A program made the position numbers and the translations under genes. Under the pieces are notes generated by a model, which had not been told where the DNA came from, searched no databases, and saw nothing but the letters and a program-made list of their open reading frames with translations. From Candidatus Magasanikiibacteriota bacterium (GTDB taxonomy: Bacteria; Patescibacteriota; Patescibacteriia; Magasanikbacterales; UBA922), in NCBI GenBank assembly GCA_018652595.1, contig JABIBU010000013.1, forward strand, positions 29,043-93,042: DNA of 64,000 nucleotides, given 5' to 3'. Positions within the stretch are counted from its first letter, which is position 1. Every line of letters starts with the position of its first letter. Positions 18,815 to 29,120 of this stretch are shown here, in pieces.

Positions 18815-20860
18815 TTATTGTTTTTTATAGCCTAAGAATAACCAACTACCATGTTCTTTGAACCAAGGAGCTACAAATCTAAGCAAGACACGAGTCACTG
18901 TAATAGCTGAGAACATTGAAAGTAGCACACCTATAGCTAGTGTAACGGCAAAACCTTGTACAAAACTTGTTCCAAACCAGATTAATAGTACACAAGTAAT
19001 TAGAGTAGAGATATTACCGTCTCTAATAGATGTCCAGGCTCTCAAGAATCCTTCTTCTACAGCAGCTTTTAGACTCTTACCTTCTTTTAATTCTTCCTTC
19101 AGGCGCTCAAAAATAAGCACATTGGCGTCTACTGCCATACCAATCGACAGTATAAAACCTGCAATACCAGCCAAAGTAAGTGTGACACCAATCAATTTGA
19201 AAACAGCCAAAGTAAGCGTAACATAGAGTGTTAACGCAATTACTGAGAGTAAGCCTGGCAATCTGTAATATAACAACATGAATAACATTACTATCAGGAT
19301 ACCCACTACTCCGGCTTTTAGACTAGTATTCAATGATTTGGCGCCCAAACTAGCGCCTACGCTCTGCTGAGCAATCAATTCTATTGGTACTGGAAGAGCA
19401 CCAGCATTTAATCTCTGAGAGAGCAATCTAGCTTCTTGCAAGTTGAATGAGCCAGAAATAACAGCTCGCCCATCACTAATTGGCTCATTGACAGTCGGCA
19501 CACTGATTGGCTGCCCATCCAAGAAAATTGCAACAGGTAAGCCAACATTTCTAGTGGTAATTTCTTTAAACAATTCTTTACCTTCGTTATCAAAACCCAG
19601 AGAAACTTGCACAGCACCCGTCTGTGGATCACTAACTACCTCTGACCTTTCCAATTGTTTACCAGATAGGTCGGTGTTTTTCCATGGATCAGATGGTGGC
19701 AAAATATCAATTTCTTTTTTTGTGCGAAGCATTACACGCCACATCTCATACTCTTTGCTTGGTTTTTCATCTGTCTTGTAGATAACATGATAACCAAACT
19801 GTGTCTCTACCGGACCCACAATCTGACTAACATCGGCATTAAATACTGCCTCTTCAAACTCCGGCACCATCATACCACGACCGAAATAACCGAGATCTCC
19901 ACCTTCATCTTTATTAGAAAAATCAGTCGAGTTATCTATTGCTAATTGAGCAAAATTACCAGCATTGGCCTGATCATATATTTCTTGAGCTTTTTCTAGT
20001 GCTTCTTTTTTTGTATAAATAGGAGAATCACAACTTTCTGAACCTAGATAACAAATCAAAATATGACTAGCAGATATTTGACCATCACCATCTCTTTCGG
20101 CTCCACGTTTCAATATATTATAACCTTCATAAGACTCTGTCAAAGTAGCACTAACAGTTCCTTCTGATACACCACCAGCCCATTCATAAAGTTCTGGATA
20201 TTGAGAAGTTACTCCTATGAAACTCATATAGCCGTCATTGTTCTTGCTAACCAAATCTTCTGAATATTCGGTTACTACTTCTGCAAAATCAGACCCGCTC
20301 TTAATTTTTTGCAAAGCTTCACCTGCTCTTGTCTTTACTTCTTTATTAAAATCATTCATTCCCTGTCTTTCTTCCTCTGTCAATTCTCTAGATGGTTCAT
20401 CGTTTTGCTCTTTGAATTCCAAAATTGGAGTCTCTCCAATCATCTTTATTGCTTCATTTATATCAGTCACGCCAGGCATCTCCACAATAATACGATAGTC
20501 ATCCCCCACTTTGGTAGTCTGAACTACTGGTTCGCTAACACCAATACCATTTACACGACGCTCGATGACATCACGAACACCTTCTACAGAAGGACCCTTT
20601 TCTTCACCAGTTAGCCCGCTAGTATTTGCTTGGTATACAAGATGAGCACCCCCCTGAAGATCTAGACCCAAATTAAAGTTCTTTTCTGGGATATTTGGCA
20701 ATCCAATATAAGTAACCGCATTTACTTTGTTTATGGCACGATTAAAATATCCTGGAGCATCAAAAGAACCCGCAAGTAATAGAAGTGCGAGTATTCCAAC
20801 AATCCCCCAGCGAACTTTTGCTCTAACTTGTGACTTTGTATTATTCTTTTTCATAATCAT
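18815..20860 (-). CDS. secD: Protein translocase subunit SecD with inserted parvulin PPIase domains
   Basis: LGLDLQGG, AGALP, GMAVDANVLIFER; insert ASHILI..GGDLGYF..FEEAVF..TQFGYHVI. Confidence 0.95.
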   Translation of the reverse strand: MIMKKNNTKSQVRAKVRWGIVGILALLLLAGSFDAPGYFNRAINKVNAVTYIGLPNIPEKNFNLGLDLQGGAHLVYQANTSGLTGEEKGPSVEGVRDVIERRVNGIGVSEPVVQTTKVGDDYRIIVEMPGVTDINEAIKMIGETPILEFKEQNDEPSRELTEEERQGMNDFNKEVKTRAGEALQKIKSGSDFAEVVTEYSEDLVSKNNDGYMSFIGVTSQYPELYEWAGGVSEGTVSATLTESYEGYNILKRGAERDGDGQISASHILICYLGSESCDSPIYTKKEALEKAQEIYDQANAGNFAQLAIDNSTDFSNKDEGGDLGYFGRGMMVPEFEEAVFNADVSQIVGPVETQFGYHVIYKTDEKPSKEYEMWRVMLRTKKEIDILPPSDPWKNTDLSGKQLERSEVVSDPQTGAVQVSLGFDNEGKELFKEITTRNVGLPVAIFLDGQPISVPTVNEPISDGRAVISGSFNLQEARLLSQRLNAGALPVPIELIAQQSVGASLGAKSLNTSLKAGVVGILIVMLFMLLYYRLPGLLSVIALTLYVTLTLAVFKLIGVTLTLAGIAGFILSIGMAVDANVLIFERLKEELKEGKSLKAAVEEGFLRAWTSIRDGNISTLITCVLLIWFGTSFVQGFAVTLAIGVLLSMFSAITVTRVLLRFVAPWFKEHGSWLFLGYKKQ

Positions 20861-21102
20861 TTTAAGTATAATAGTGGTGCTTATTTTACAATATTAGCCA
20901 AGATGAGTCAAGAGGGGTTGTCCACTCTCAATCACTGCACCAATTTATCACATAATTATAATTCCAAAGAAGAATTAAATAATAGACCATACTTATAGTA
21001 CTTACTATTTTATTTTTGTATTTGACAGGTGAATATAATTTTGAGATAATCATCCCAACAGCTCTTTTAACCAGCACACAACAAACTCATCAGGGGGATG
21101 TC

Positions 21103-21369
21103 ATGGGTACTGGTAATACTTTTGGTCAGGGCATGGATGCAGATTTTCTCGTCCAAGCAAATGGTTTTGCTTGTCGTGTATGTTCTGCTTTCGACGGCAA
21201 AATCGTTTTCCATTCATCTGCAAATAGCCGGGATAAATTTAGTTGCAATAACTGCACTAACTTATTTCTAGATCCTGTAAAACATTGCAAGTCAGGCTTA
21301 ACAGATTTGGTCTGCGTGAGCAACCCGAAGGTAACGGAATACCTAAGAAAAGAATTCCTGAGAGAATGA
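21103..21369 (+). CDS. Orphan Cys-rich small protein (two CxxC), probably zinc-binding
   Basis: Promoter TTGACA-17-GATAAT (21022-21050), GGGGGA before ATG, CRVC..CNNC, terminator downstream. Confidence 0.65.
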   Translation: MGTGNTFGQGMDADFLVQANGFACRVCSAFDGKIVFHSSANSRDKFSCNNCTNLFLDPVKHCKSGLTDLVCVSNPKVTEYLRKEFLRE

Positions 21370-21470
21370 CAAAGAAGTGGCGGTGCAAACAATAGCCACC
21401 CGTTTGCCTGCCTAGGTTCTAGATCTATCTAGATTCTAGGCAGGAGGATTGCGGGTGGTTTTTTGTTTTA

Positions 21471-21625
21471 TCCCCTCCTTGAGGAGGAGGGGCACCTCGT
21501 TCTGATCGCAATCAGAACGGGTGGGGTGGTGCTCGCATTAATATGAGATTAGTAAATCCCGTAGAAGCAAACCACCCCGTCCCCCGATGCGAATCGGGGT
21601 TCACCCCTCCTTCGAAAGGAGGGGA
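21471..21625. repeat. Inverted pair of REP-like elements (CCCCTCCTT-N3-RAGGAGGGG plus GGGGTGGT/ACCACCCC)
   Basis: 21471-21530 and 21571-21625 are imperfect reverse complements with nested hairpins. Confidence 0.85.
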
Positions 21626-21673
21626 CAAAAAACAGCCTTTGGGCTGTTTTTTTATTTAAGCATAATCAATGAC

Positions 21674-24490
21674 TTATTTTCCACAACACTTCTTATACTT
21701 CTTTCCACTACCACATGTACACGGATCATTTCTACCAACCTTATCCCCTTCTTCGTTTCGTGTCTTGCCTTTTATAGCACCAGGTGTATCGCTGGATGAT
21801 TTTTGAGCACCTTTCATTACCATCTTATCATTGGCCATTATAGTAGGTGCAAGATTTAGACCAGCAGTTACTTTGAAAATACTATAGACTACTTCTTTTT
21901 GTACTCCAGCCAAAAGTTGATTAAACATGCCATAAGTCTCCTTTTTATATTCCACCAAAGGATCTCGTTGGCCATATCCACGCAGACCAATTCCAGTACG
22001 AAGATAATCAATTGCAACCAAATGCTCCACCCAAAGATTATCAATTGATCTAATCATCACGCTTTTTTCAATTTGTTTCATCATTTTTTCACCCTCTTCT
22101 TCAGTTTGAGCCATTGATTTTACTTGGTTCTCCATTTCAATGTATTCAAACTTGGCTTTCTCTAATATAAATTTTACTAACTTCTCTCTTGCTTCTACGT
22201 CTTCCAATTTACTATCGCCATTGGAACCCATGTGCAAAATTTTGTCTCGGTCTTCTTGTGATAGAGAAAAAATTGTTCTAACTGTTTCGTAGACTTCTTT
22301 CAAATTCCAATCTTTGCGATCCTCTGTATTGGTATGAAATGAAACCACAAACTCAATCTCTTGTTCTATCAAATCAAAGATCATCTCTTTTAATGACTTG
22401 AATTCTACATTTTTATTTTTCAATTCTTCACTGCCAGCTTCTTTGCTCAGCTCCAAAGCCTCTCGTCTTTTTTTATAAATAACTTCTCTGTGTTTATTCA
22501 AAACATCATCATACTCAAGCAAGTGTTTTCTAATATCAAAGTTATGCCCCTCAACTTTTTTCTGAGCACCTTCTAGCATCTTACTAATCATTTTCTGCTC
22601 AATAGGCATATCTTCTGGAACTTTTAAGCGTTCCATTATTCCTTTCAACCTATCCCCAGCAAAAATACGCATTAAATCGTCATCGGTCGAAACAAAAAAT
22701 TGAGTCTCACCAGGATCACCCTGACGAGCCGAGCGCCCACGAAGCTGGTTATCGATTCGACGTGATTCATGTCTCTCTGTACCAAGTACAAATAAACCGC
22801 CAGCTTGTTTTACCTTTTCTTGCATATTTGGATCAGCTGGCACACCACCGAGCTTGATATCCACACCACGACCAGCCATATTAGTAGCCAAAGTCACGGC
22901 ACCAGGTCGCCCTGCTTGGGCTACAATTTCACCCTCACGTTCATGATTTTTTGCATTCAAAGCTTCGTACTGAATTCCTTCGCGCAATAAATACTCACTA
23001 AGCTCTTCATTTTTTTCTACTGAAATTGTACCAACCAAAATTGGCTGTCCTTTGGCTTGACACTCTTTTATTTTTTCTACAATAGCTTTATATTTTCCTC
23101 TTTCATTTTTATAAATTCTATCTTGCTGGTCTAATCTAGCGTCTGGTCTATTAGTTGGTATAGCCACCACTTCTAGATTATAAATTTTTATAAACTCTTC
23201 TGATTCAGTCACAGCAGTACCAGTCATACCAGAAAGCTTGTTGTACATTCGAAATAAATTTTGAAAAGTAATTGTAGCCAAAGTCTGAGACTCACGCTGA
23301 ATATTTACATTTTCTTTGGCTTCAATTGCTTGATGAAGACCTTCGGAATAACGACGGCCAGGCATCTGACGACCAGTAAATTCATCAATAATAACAACCT
23401 CGCCATTATCTACTATGTAGTCTTTGTCTTTTTTAAATAAAACTTCAGCCTTTAGGGCTTGCTCAATATGGTGGACTAAACGAATTCCACCCTCTACATA
23501 TAAATTTTCAACATTAAGCCACTGTTCAAATTTCTTAATACCCTCTTCAGTCAATATAGCACTCCGCATCTTTTCATCTATATTATAATCGCCTTGCTCT
23601 GAAACATCTGCAGGATCTGAATCATCCGAAGTTTTTCCTTCTTTTAGTTGCTTTACCAATTTAGCAAATTGATAATATTGTTCGGTCGCCTGCTGGGCTG
23701 GGGCGGAAATTATAAGTGGAGTTCTAGCCTCATCAATCAAAATAGAGTCTACCTCATCAATAATAGTATAATGCATTTCATCTCCTGGCCTCATTACCAT
23801 CTCTTCTACAGTCTGCACCATGTTGTCACGAAGATAATCAAAACCAAATTCATTATTAGTTCCATAAGTAATATCAGCCCGATAAGTTTCTTGGCGTGAA
23901 GCTGGACGCAAAAATTCATCCTCTACCTTGAAACTTCCTTCTTCATCTCGCTCACTATCCAATTCACCACCTTCTTCTCCACCCACGACACTTGAATCAT
24001 AGAGATAAGAAATGCGTTGATTTTGGATAATACCAATTGACAATCCCAAATAATCATAAATCTGACCCATCCACACAGCATCACGCTTTGCCAAATAATC
24101 ATTGACTGTAATCACATGCACACCCTTTCCTTCTAATGCATTCAAATAAACTGGTAAAGTTGCAACAAGAGTTTTACCTTCACCGGTCCTCATCTCTGCA
24201 ATCTGACCCCTATGAAGTGTAATTCCACCAAGAAGCTGAACATCAAAATGACGCATGCCTGTGACACGCTTGGATGCTTCACGAACTGTGGCAAAAGCCT
24301 CTGGAAGTAAGTCGTCCAAAGTCTCATCTTTTGCCAATCTATCCTTAAATTCTTTTGTTTTACCCTTTAATTCCTCTTCAGATAGTTTTTCAAAATCCTT
24401 TTCTAAATTATTTATTTTTACAACCAAAGGCTGGATTTCTTTCAAAATCTTTACATTAGGATCTCCAAATACTTTTGTATATAGGGACAT
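21674..24490 (-). CDS. secA: Preprotein translocase ATPase SecA
   Basis: MRTGEGKT, DEVDSILIDEARTPLIIS, ESRRIDNQLRGR, GRNDPCTCGSGKKYKKCC. Confidence 0.98.
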   Translation of the reverse strand: MSLYTKVFGDPNVKILKEIQPLVVKINNLEKDFEKLSEEELKGKTKEFKDRLAKDETLDDLLPEAFATVREASKRVTGMRHFDVQLLGGITLHRGQIAEMRTGEGKTLVATLPVYLNALEGKGVHVITVNDYLAKRDAVWMGQIYDYLGLSIGIIQNQRISYLYDSSVVGGEEGGELDSERDEEGSFKVEDEFLRPASRQETYRADITYGTNNEFGFDYLRDNMVQTVEEMVMRPGDEMHYTIIDEVDSILIDEARTPLIISAPAQQATEQYYQFAKLVKQLKEGKTSDDSDPADVSEQGDYNIDEKMRSAILTEEGIKKFEQWLNVENLYVEGGIRLVHHIEQALKAEVLFKKDKDYIVDNGEVVIIDEFTGRQMPGRRYSEGLHQAIEAKENVNIQRESQTLATITFQNLFRMYNKLSGMTGTAVTESEEFIKIYNLEVVAIPTNRPDARLDQQDRIYKNERGKYKAIVEKIKECQAKGQPILVGTISVEKNEELSEYLLREGIQYEALNAKNHEREGEIVAQAGRPGAVTLATNMAGRGVDIKLGGVPADPNMQEKVKQAGGLFVLGTERHESRRIDNQLRGRSARQGDPGETQFFVSTDDDLMRIFAGDRLKGIMERLKVPEDMPIEQKMISKMLEGAQKKVEGHNFDIRKHLLEYDDVLNKHREVIYKKRREALELSKEAGSEELKNKNVEFKSLKEMIFDLIEQEIEFVVSFHTNTEDRKDWNLKEVYETVRTIFSLSQEDRDKILHMGSNGDSKLEDVEAREKLVKFILEKAKFEYIEMENQVKSMAQTEEEGEKMMKQIEKSVMIRSIDNLWVEHLVAIDYLRTGIGLRGYGQRDPLVEYKKETYGMFNQLLAGVQKEVVYSIFKVTAGLNLAPTIMANDKMVMKGAQKSSSDTPGAIKGKTRNEEGDKVGRNDPCTCGSGKKYKKCCGK

Positions 24491-24641
24491 AATTCTTTAA
24501 GTTATAGATGTGTATGTTATGGGTATTTTAGTAATTAGGTAGACTCGTAGACGACCGCTATTATAGCAAAAAATAAAAGATTTGTCCATAGTTGACAAAA
24601 CCTCCCATTTAAAGTAAAATCCAAACAACCGAGGAGGAAAT

Positions 24642-25121
24642 ATGAAGGTTATCGAGTTAGAAAGACACTGCGAAGCTTGTGGAAGCAAACAGGCATTCAA
24701 AATAGTGCCTGGGAGTAGTCGCCACGAAATGTGCTGCCTAAAATGCGGATGGATTCTGGCGACATGCGACAATATTGCCATAGGGGCAATTCAATTTGCA
24801 GGAAGTCCGTCAGTTACTACCGCGACGGTGATAAACATGATGCCACAAAACACGGGAGGAAACATGGCAAAAGAGAGAAAAAACAAGCTGATGTGTTCGG
24901 CGTGCAAAGCTGGAGTAGAAAACTCTGATGGCTATTGCCCGCACTGCAACCACCCCCTCTTGGTTTCTGGAAATTGCGGAACCAAACTCTGTCTCACATG
25001 CACACAAGAAGACCACACACCAGAAGATGTGTTGGAAGAGGGTGGGATCGCAGATGAATGTTTGATCTGTGATGCGCTGGATGAATCAACATGTGCGGAC
25101 TGCCCCGTAACCCAGCACTAA
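24642..25121 (+). CDS. Orphan multi-zinc-ribbon Cys-rich protein, possible internal start at 24864
   Basis: Promoter TTGACA-17-TAAAAT (24592-24620), SD GAGGAGG, several CxxC pairs. Confidence 0.72.
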   Translation: MKVIELERHCEACGSKQAFKIVPGSSRHEMCCLKCGWILATCDNIAIGAIQFAGSPSVTTATVINMMPQNTGGNMAKERKNKLMCSACKAGVENSDGYCPHCNHPLLVSGNCGTKLCLTCTQEDHTPEDVLEEGGIADECLICDALDESTCADCPVTQH

Positions 25122-25192
25122 GCCAAGGAGGTACAACCGACCAAAAACTGTAGAAGAGGGGGTGTAGTTTGCAGTCGGTCCCCTTATATTTT

Positions 25193-25230
25193 AAATCCCC
25201 CCGACATCGCGTCGGGGGGATTTTTGTTTT
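25193..25230. terminator. Strong terminator AAATCCCCCCGAC-loop-GTCGGGGGGATTT
   Basis: 13-bp perfect stem plus T-run between convergent genes. Confidence 0.85.
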
Positions 25231-25244
25231 TTATTCCTATATTC

Positions 25245-25589
25245 TTATTCCTGATATCCCTTCATATCTCTCAACTCTTCTTTATCAATTTCTCTCATCT
25301 TGCCTTTTAATTTTTCTAACTCGACTTTCAAATGATCTTTCACCTTATCAATTGCCTTGTACAAATCCACAGCCTCCTTTTTTATATTAATATTTTTACC
25401 AGGAACCTGTAGATTGAATTCTGCAAAATAAATCTTCCCCTTATTATGATGGTGAGAATCCATACCAAGAATCACATCTACACCCTGAATATTATCAAAA
25501 TAGGTTAGTAAATCATTTGCTTTGTCATCTACGTATTGTTTTATCGCATCTGTTGTGTCCATTCCTTTTACTTGTATATTTATATTCAT
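25245..25589 (-). CDS. hpf: Ribosome hibernation factor (HPF/RaiA)
   Basis: MNINIQVKGMDTTDAIKQYV..AEFNL..DLYKAID. Confidence 0.9.
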   Translation of the reverse strand: MNINIQVKGMDTTDAIKQYVDDKANDLLTYFDNIQGVDVILGMDSHHHNKGKIYFAEFNLQVPGKNINIKKEAVDLYKAIDKVKDHLKVELEKLKGKMREIDKEELRDMKGYQE

Positions 25590-25601
25590 ATTTTTGAAAA
25601 A

Positions 25602-25985
25602 TTAAAAATATTTTATTAGTTCAAGTTGCTTGGCCCTGTGTAACAAAGCTGCATAAAAAGCAGGATTATCTCCCCAATCAGACTCAGAACTTCCATTTAT
25701 TTTGTCTGTTATTTCTTTGTCTGATAATTTCTCAACCTCCAAAAATGCTTCTCTATATTCTTCTGTCGTATACTGCCCCCTAACCTTTCTCAAAATACTG
25801 CGAGCATGTTCACCATTTATTTTAAATAAATCCTTTCTCTTTTCTGGTGGCAAAGTTTTAAAAAGATCTTTTAAGTCATCTATCATCTCTTTATCAGACT
25901 CAGAATAATGTCCTTCCTCCTCTTCTTTTGCTTTTTTTTCTTCTTTTCTCTTTTTAAAACTCCCAAAATCAGTTACTTCTGCCAT
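25602..25985 (-). CDS. Hypothetical charged protein
   Basis: 127-aa ORF co-oriented between murB and hpf. Confidence 0.75.
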   Translation of the reverse strand: MAEVTDFGSFKKRKEEKKAKEEEEGHYSESDKEMIDDLKDLFKTLPPEKRKDLFKINGEHARSILRKVRGQYTTEEYREAFLEVEKLSDKEITDKINGSSESDWGDNPAFYAALLHRAKQLELIKYF

Positions 25986-25997
25986 ATATTTATAATA

Positions 25998-26963
25998 TTA
26001 AAAAATTTCAACTTCTGTTTGTAATTCTACTCCATATTTATTATACACTTTTTCTTTAATTTCTTCCATGAGCTGCAAAACTTCTGCTCGAGTAGCTTCC
26101 TTTTTATTAACAATAAAATTACAATGTTCAGCTCCAACACTTGCACCACCAAGCTCTTTACCTTTAAAGTCCAATTGATCTATCATCCAGCCAGCTGGAA
26201 CCTTTCCCCTCTCCACAAACAGTGGTGGTAGCTCAGATTTATCTCCAGGCCATTTTTCTATCGCAACATTAGTAAAAAAACAACCAGCCGATGGATAAAT
26301 TGGGTATTTACCTTTTCTCCCTGCAATAATTTCTTGTGTTTTTTTCAAAACTTCCGCCTTATCAGCTTTTTTGAATTTAAACCAAGCTCGTAAAATTATT
26401 AAATTTTTATTTTCCTTAAAAATACTACCACGGTATACAAACTCACATTCATCATTTACAAATTCTACCACTTCTCCATCTTGCCATACTTCTACCTTTT
26501 CTAATACATCAGCAGTAGCCTGACCAAACGCACCGGCATTGCCTCGCACTGCCCCACCAATAGTGCCGGGAATCCCAGCTGACCATTCCATACCACTCAA
26601 ACCATTCTGCATTGCCAACCCCATTACAGCACCCAATAGCGCTCCAGCCTCCACTTCAATCACCTGGCTTTTCAGAGAATACTGATGCCCTGTGGGTATG
26701 ACTTTTGACTTTTGACTTTTGACTTGAATAGCCACTCCATCATATTCCTCGTCCTGAAACAAGATATTAGAACCTCCACCCAAAACATAATACTCTATCC
26801 CCTTCTGAGATAAATAATTTAATAAATCAACTAATTTTTCAGTTTCTTCAACTACTACAAAATACCTAGCTGGACCACCAATCTTAAAAGTAGTATGCTT
26901 TGACATTGGCTCATTCAATTTTACCTTGCCAAAATCTTTAAGTTTTTTATAGATTTCATCCAT
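25998..26963 (-). CDS. murB: UDP-N-acetylenolpyruvoylglucosamine reductase
   Basis: HTTFKIGGPA, LGGGSN, IPGTIGGAVRGNAGAFG, SAGCFF, HCNFIVN. Confidence 0.96.
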   Translation of the reverse strand: MDEIYKKLKDFGKVKLNEPMSKHTTFKIGGPARYFVVVEETEKLVDLLNYLSQKGIEYYVLGGGSNILFQDEEYDGVAIQVKSQKSKVIPTGHQYSLKSQVIEVEAGALLGAVMGLAMQNGLSGMEWSAGIPGTIGGAVRGNAGAFGQATADVLEKVEVWQDGEVVEFVNDECEFVYRGSIFKENKNLIILRAWFKFKKADKAEVLKKTQEIIAGRKGKYPIYPSAGCFFTNVAIEKWPGDKSELPPLFVERGKVPAGWMIDQLDFKGKELGGASVGAEHCNFIVNKKEATRAEVLQLMEEIKEKVYNKYGVELQTEVEIF

Positions 26964-27009
26964 ACTAATACTTGCAAAAATACCTAATTTGAGTTATAAT
27001 CCCCCTACT

Positions 27010-28206
27010 ATGCAAGAACTTACTGACAAATTACAGCAAACCCCAGTAATCTACGTAACCCGCGATATTGAGCGGGCTTGTGCATTGGAAAATACTCCCA
27101 ACTACTATATTATCTCAAATTTTAACGAATCTTTCAAGTCTGTGGACAACCCAAATACTTTACTCATAAAAGAAGAAAGGCAATTAGACACATGGGAGCT
27201 ATTACAACACCCAAAAACAAAAGATTTTATAAAGAACTTAGGTAGCGCTAATCTGGTAGTATTCAAACCCACGAAACAAATTGAAAGAATCTGCACAGAA
27301 AATAATTGGAATTTATTAAATCCTTCGGCTGAACTATCGGACAAAATTGAAGAAAAAATCTCTCAACTGGATTGGTTAGGAGATCTCAAAAAATATTTAC
27401 CAGATTACTCTGTAAAACTTTGTAAGGATGTAGAATGGAAAGAGGAAAAATTTATTTTACAATTCAACCGCTCACATACTGGCAGTGGCACAATGCTGAT
27501 TGAATCAAACGAACAACTAGAAGAAATAAAAAATAAATTCCCTGAGCGCGAAGCCAGGCTTGCCAAATATATTGAAGGTCCACTTTTTACCAATAATAAT
27601 ATTGTAACAAAAAGCAAAATCTTAATTGGAAATATAAATTATCAAATTACTGGCCTCAGACCTTTTACCGACCTACCATTTGCAACTATTGGCAATGACT
27701 GGGGCTGGCCTCATAAATATTTAAGCAAAGAACAATTTGAACAATATAAAAAAATAGTAACAGACATCGGCGAGAAATTACACAAAGATGGATGGAAAGG
27801 ATTATTTGGAGTAGACATTGTGGTGGAAGAATCAACCGACAAACTTTATCTTGTTGAAATTAACGCTAGGCAACCAGCTAGCACAACTTACGAAAGTCAG
27901 TTGCAAAAAGATTCGCTTACAACATTTGAAGCACACTTAGCTGGTTTACTGGACATTGATCTCACTAATCATGAACTCACAGAGATAAAAGATGGTGCGC
28001 AAATCATATCACGTATCACAAGTCAAGCAACACATATCGCATCTAAAACTATAGAAGAACTAAAAAAAGAGGGCTTTATTTTAACAAAATACGACAACAC
28101 TAAACAAGGATCGGATCTATTACGCATACAAATTAATCAATCTATAATGGAAGGTCATGATAAATTCAATGGCACTGGAAAAAAAATTAAACAACTTATA
28201 GCTTAA
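27010..28206 (+). CDS. ATP-grasp domain ligase, substrate unknown
   Basis: SHTGSGT, GLFGVD, LVEINAR; TTGCAA-17-TATAAT ends 9 nt before ATG 27010. Confidence 0.85.
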   Translation: MQELTDKLQQTPVIYVTRDIERACALENTPNYYIISNFNESFKSVDNPNTLLIKEERQLDTWELLQHPKTKDFIKNLGSANLVVFKPTKQIERICTENNWNLLNPSAELSDKIEEKISQLDWLGDLKKYLPDYSVKLCKDVEWKEEKFILQFNRSHTGSGTMLIESNEQLEEIKNKFPEREARLAKYIEGPLFTNNNIVTKSKILIGNINYQITGLRPFTDLPFATIGNDWGWPHKYLSKEQFEQYKKIVTDIGEKLHKDGWKGLFGVDIVVEESTDKLYLVEINARQPASTTYESQLQKDSLTTFEAHLAGLLDIDLTNHELTEIKDGAQIISRITSQATHIASKTIEELKKEGFILTKYDNTKQGSDLLRIQINQSIMEGHDKFNGTGKKIKQLIA

Positions 28207-28218
28207 AACTTACGGCTT

Positions 28219-28941
28219 ATGGCTTCCCAAACACTATCAAAACAAGCCCTGCAAGTAATAGAAAATTACCGAAATCTATCTATCGGCAAAAACAAAATTC
28301 TTTGCCCATATTTCAATAACCGTCGATCAGGTGTCCGCGGTGCCCTTCGTGTCCTAATTGGCAAGGGCAGCCCAAAAGATATCGAAGAAGAGACACTTCT
28401 TTTTGCCTTGCGAGAAAAAGTTGATTTGGATAATTTGAATTCAGAAAAATCAAAAAAGTTTTTAGTAGATCACAATCTTGGAATTGATTGTTCTGGTTTT
28501 ATTTATCATATTTTAGATGCAGAACTAGGAAACTTAAAAAAACATCTAAAACATCCATGGATAAAAAATCCATTACGCAAATTAATTGCAAAACTTAGAA
28601 TCGTAGAAAATACTGGTGTTTCAACTTTTAACAACGACGTAAACACAGCAAAAGTAAAACTTTCTGAAGTAAAACCTGGCGACTTAATTATTATGATGAA
28701 CACAGGATTAAAAAATGATTTACACCATATTTTAATAGTTCATGAAGTATCAGAAAATCAAATAAAATACTCTCACTCATTCCAATTTACAACAGACGGA
28801 CAATATAATCATGGTATCAAGCAAGGTGAAATTAAAATTATAGATTCTAATAAAAATATTCTAGAACAAGAATGGAGAGAAGTTGAAACGCATAATCACG
28901 CAAAGATGGCAAAAGAATTGAAGATCAAGAGGGTTAAATAA
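28219..28941 (+). CDS. NlpC/P60-like cysteine hydrolase
   Basis: GIDCSGFIYH, VKPGDLI, downstream His residues. Confidence 0.7.
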   Translation: MASQTLSKQALQVIENYRNLSIGKNKILCPYFNNRRSGVRGALRVLIGKGSPKDIEEETLLFALREKVDLDNLNSEKSKKFLVDHNLGIDCSGFIYHILDAELGNLKKHLKHPWIKNPLRKLIAKLRIVENTGVSTFNNDVNTAKVKLSEVKPGDLIIMMNTGLKNDLHHILIVHEVSENQIKYSHSFQFTTDGQYNHGIKQGEIKIIDSNKNILEQEWREVETHNHAKMAKELKIKRVK

Positions 28942-28958
28942 TATATAGATTTAAAAAT

Positions 28959-29010
28959 AAAAAAACTACGTAACACTTGTCCACCTTGGGTGGATATTAC
29001 GTAGTTTTTT
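28959..29010. terminator. Bidirectional terminator with a palindrome (TCCACCTTGGGTGGA) in its loop
   Basis: AAAAAACTACGTAA...TTACGTAGTTTTTT. Confidence 0.75.
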
Positions 29011-29120
29011 TAAATTTCTCAAATTACAAATCTTATAATCTAAGAAGTTTGGTCGCCGTAGCAAACCGCCCTCCCTCCCATGTAAAAGAACACTAACTTA
29101 ACCGGCCCTGTAGTTCCATA

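Noticed and set aside
23920-23995. Acidic insertion in SecA as an intein or repeat
   Set aside because: Too short, with no intein motifs or DNA periodicity; looks like an ordinary lineage-specific loop.
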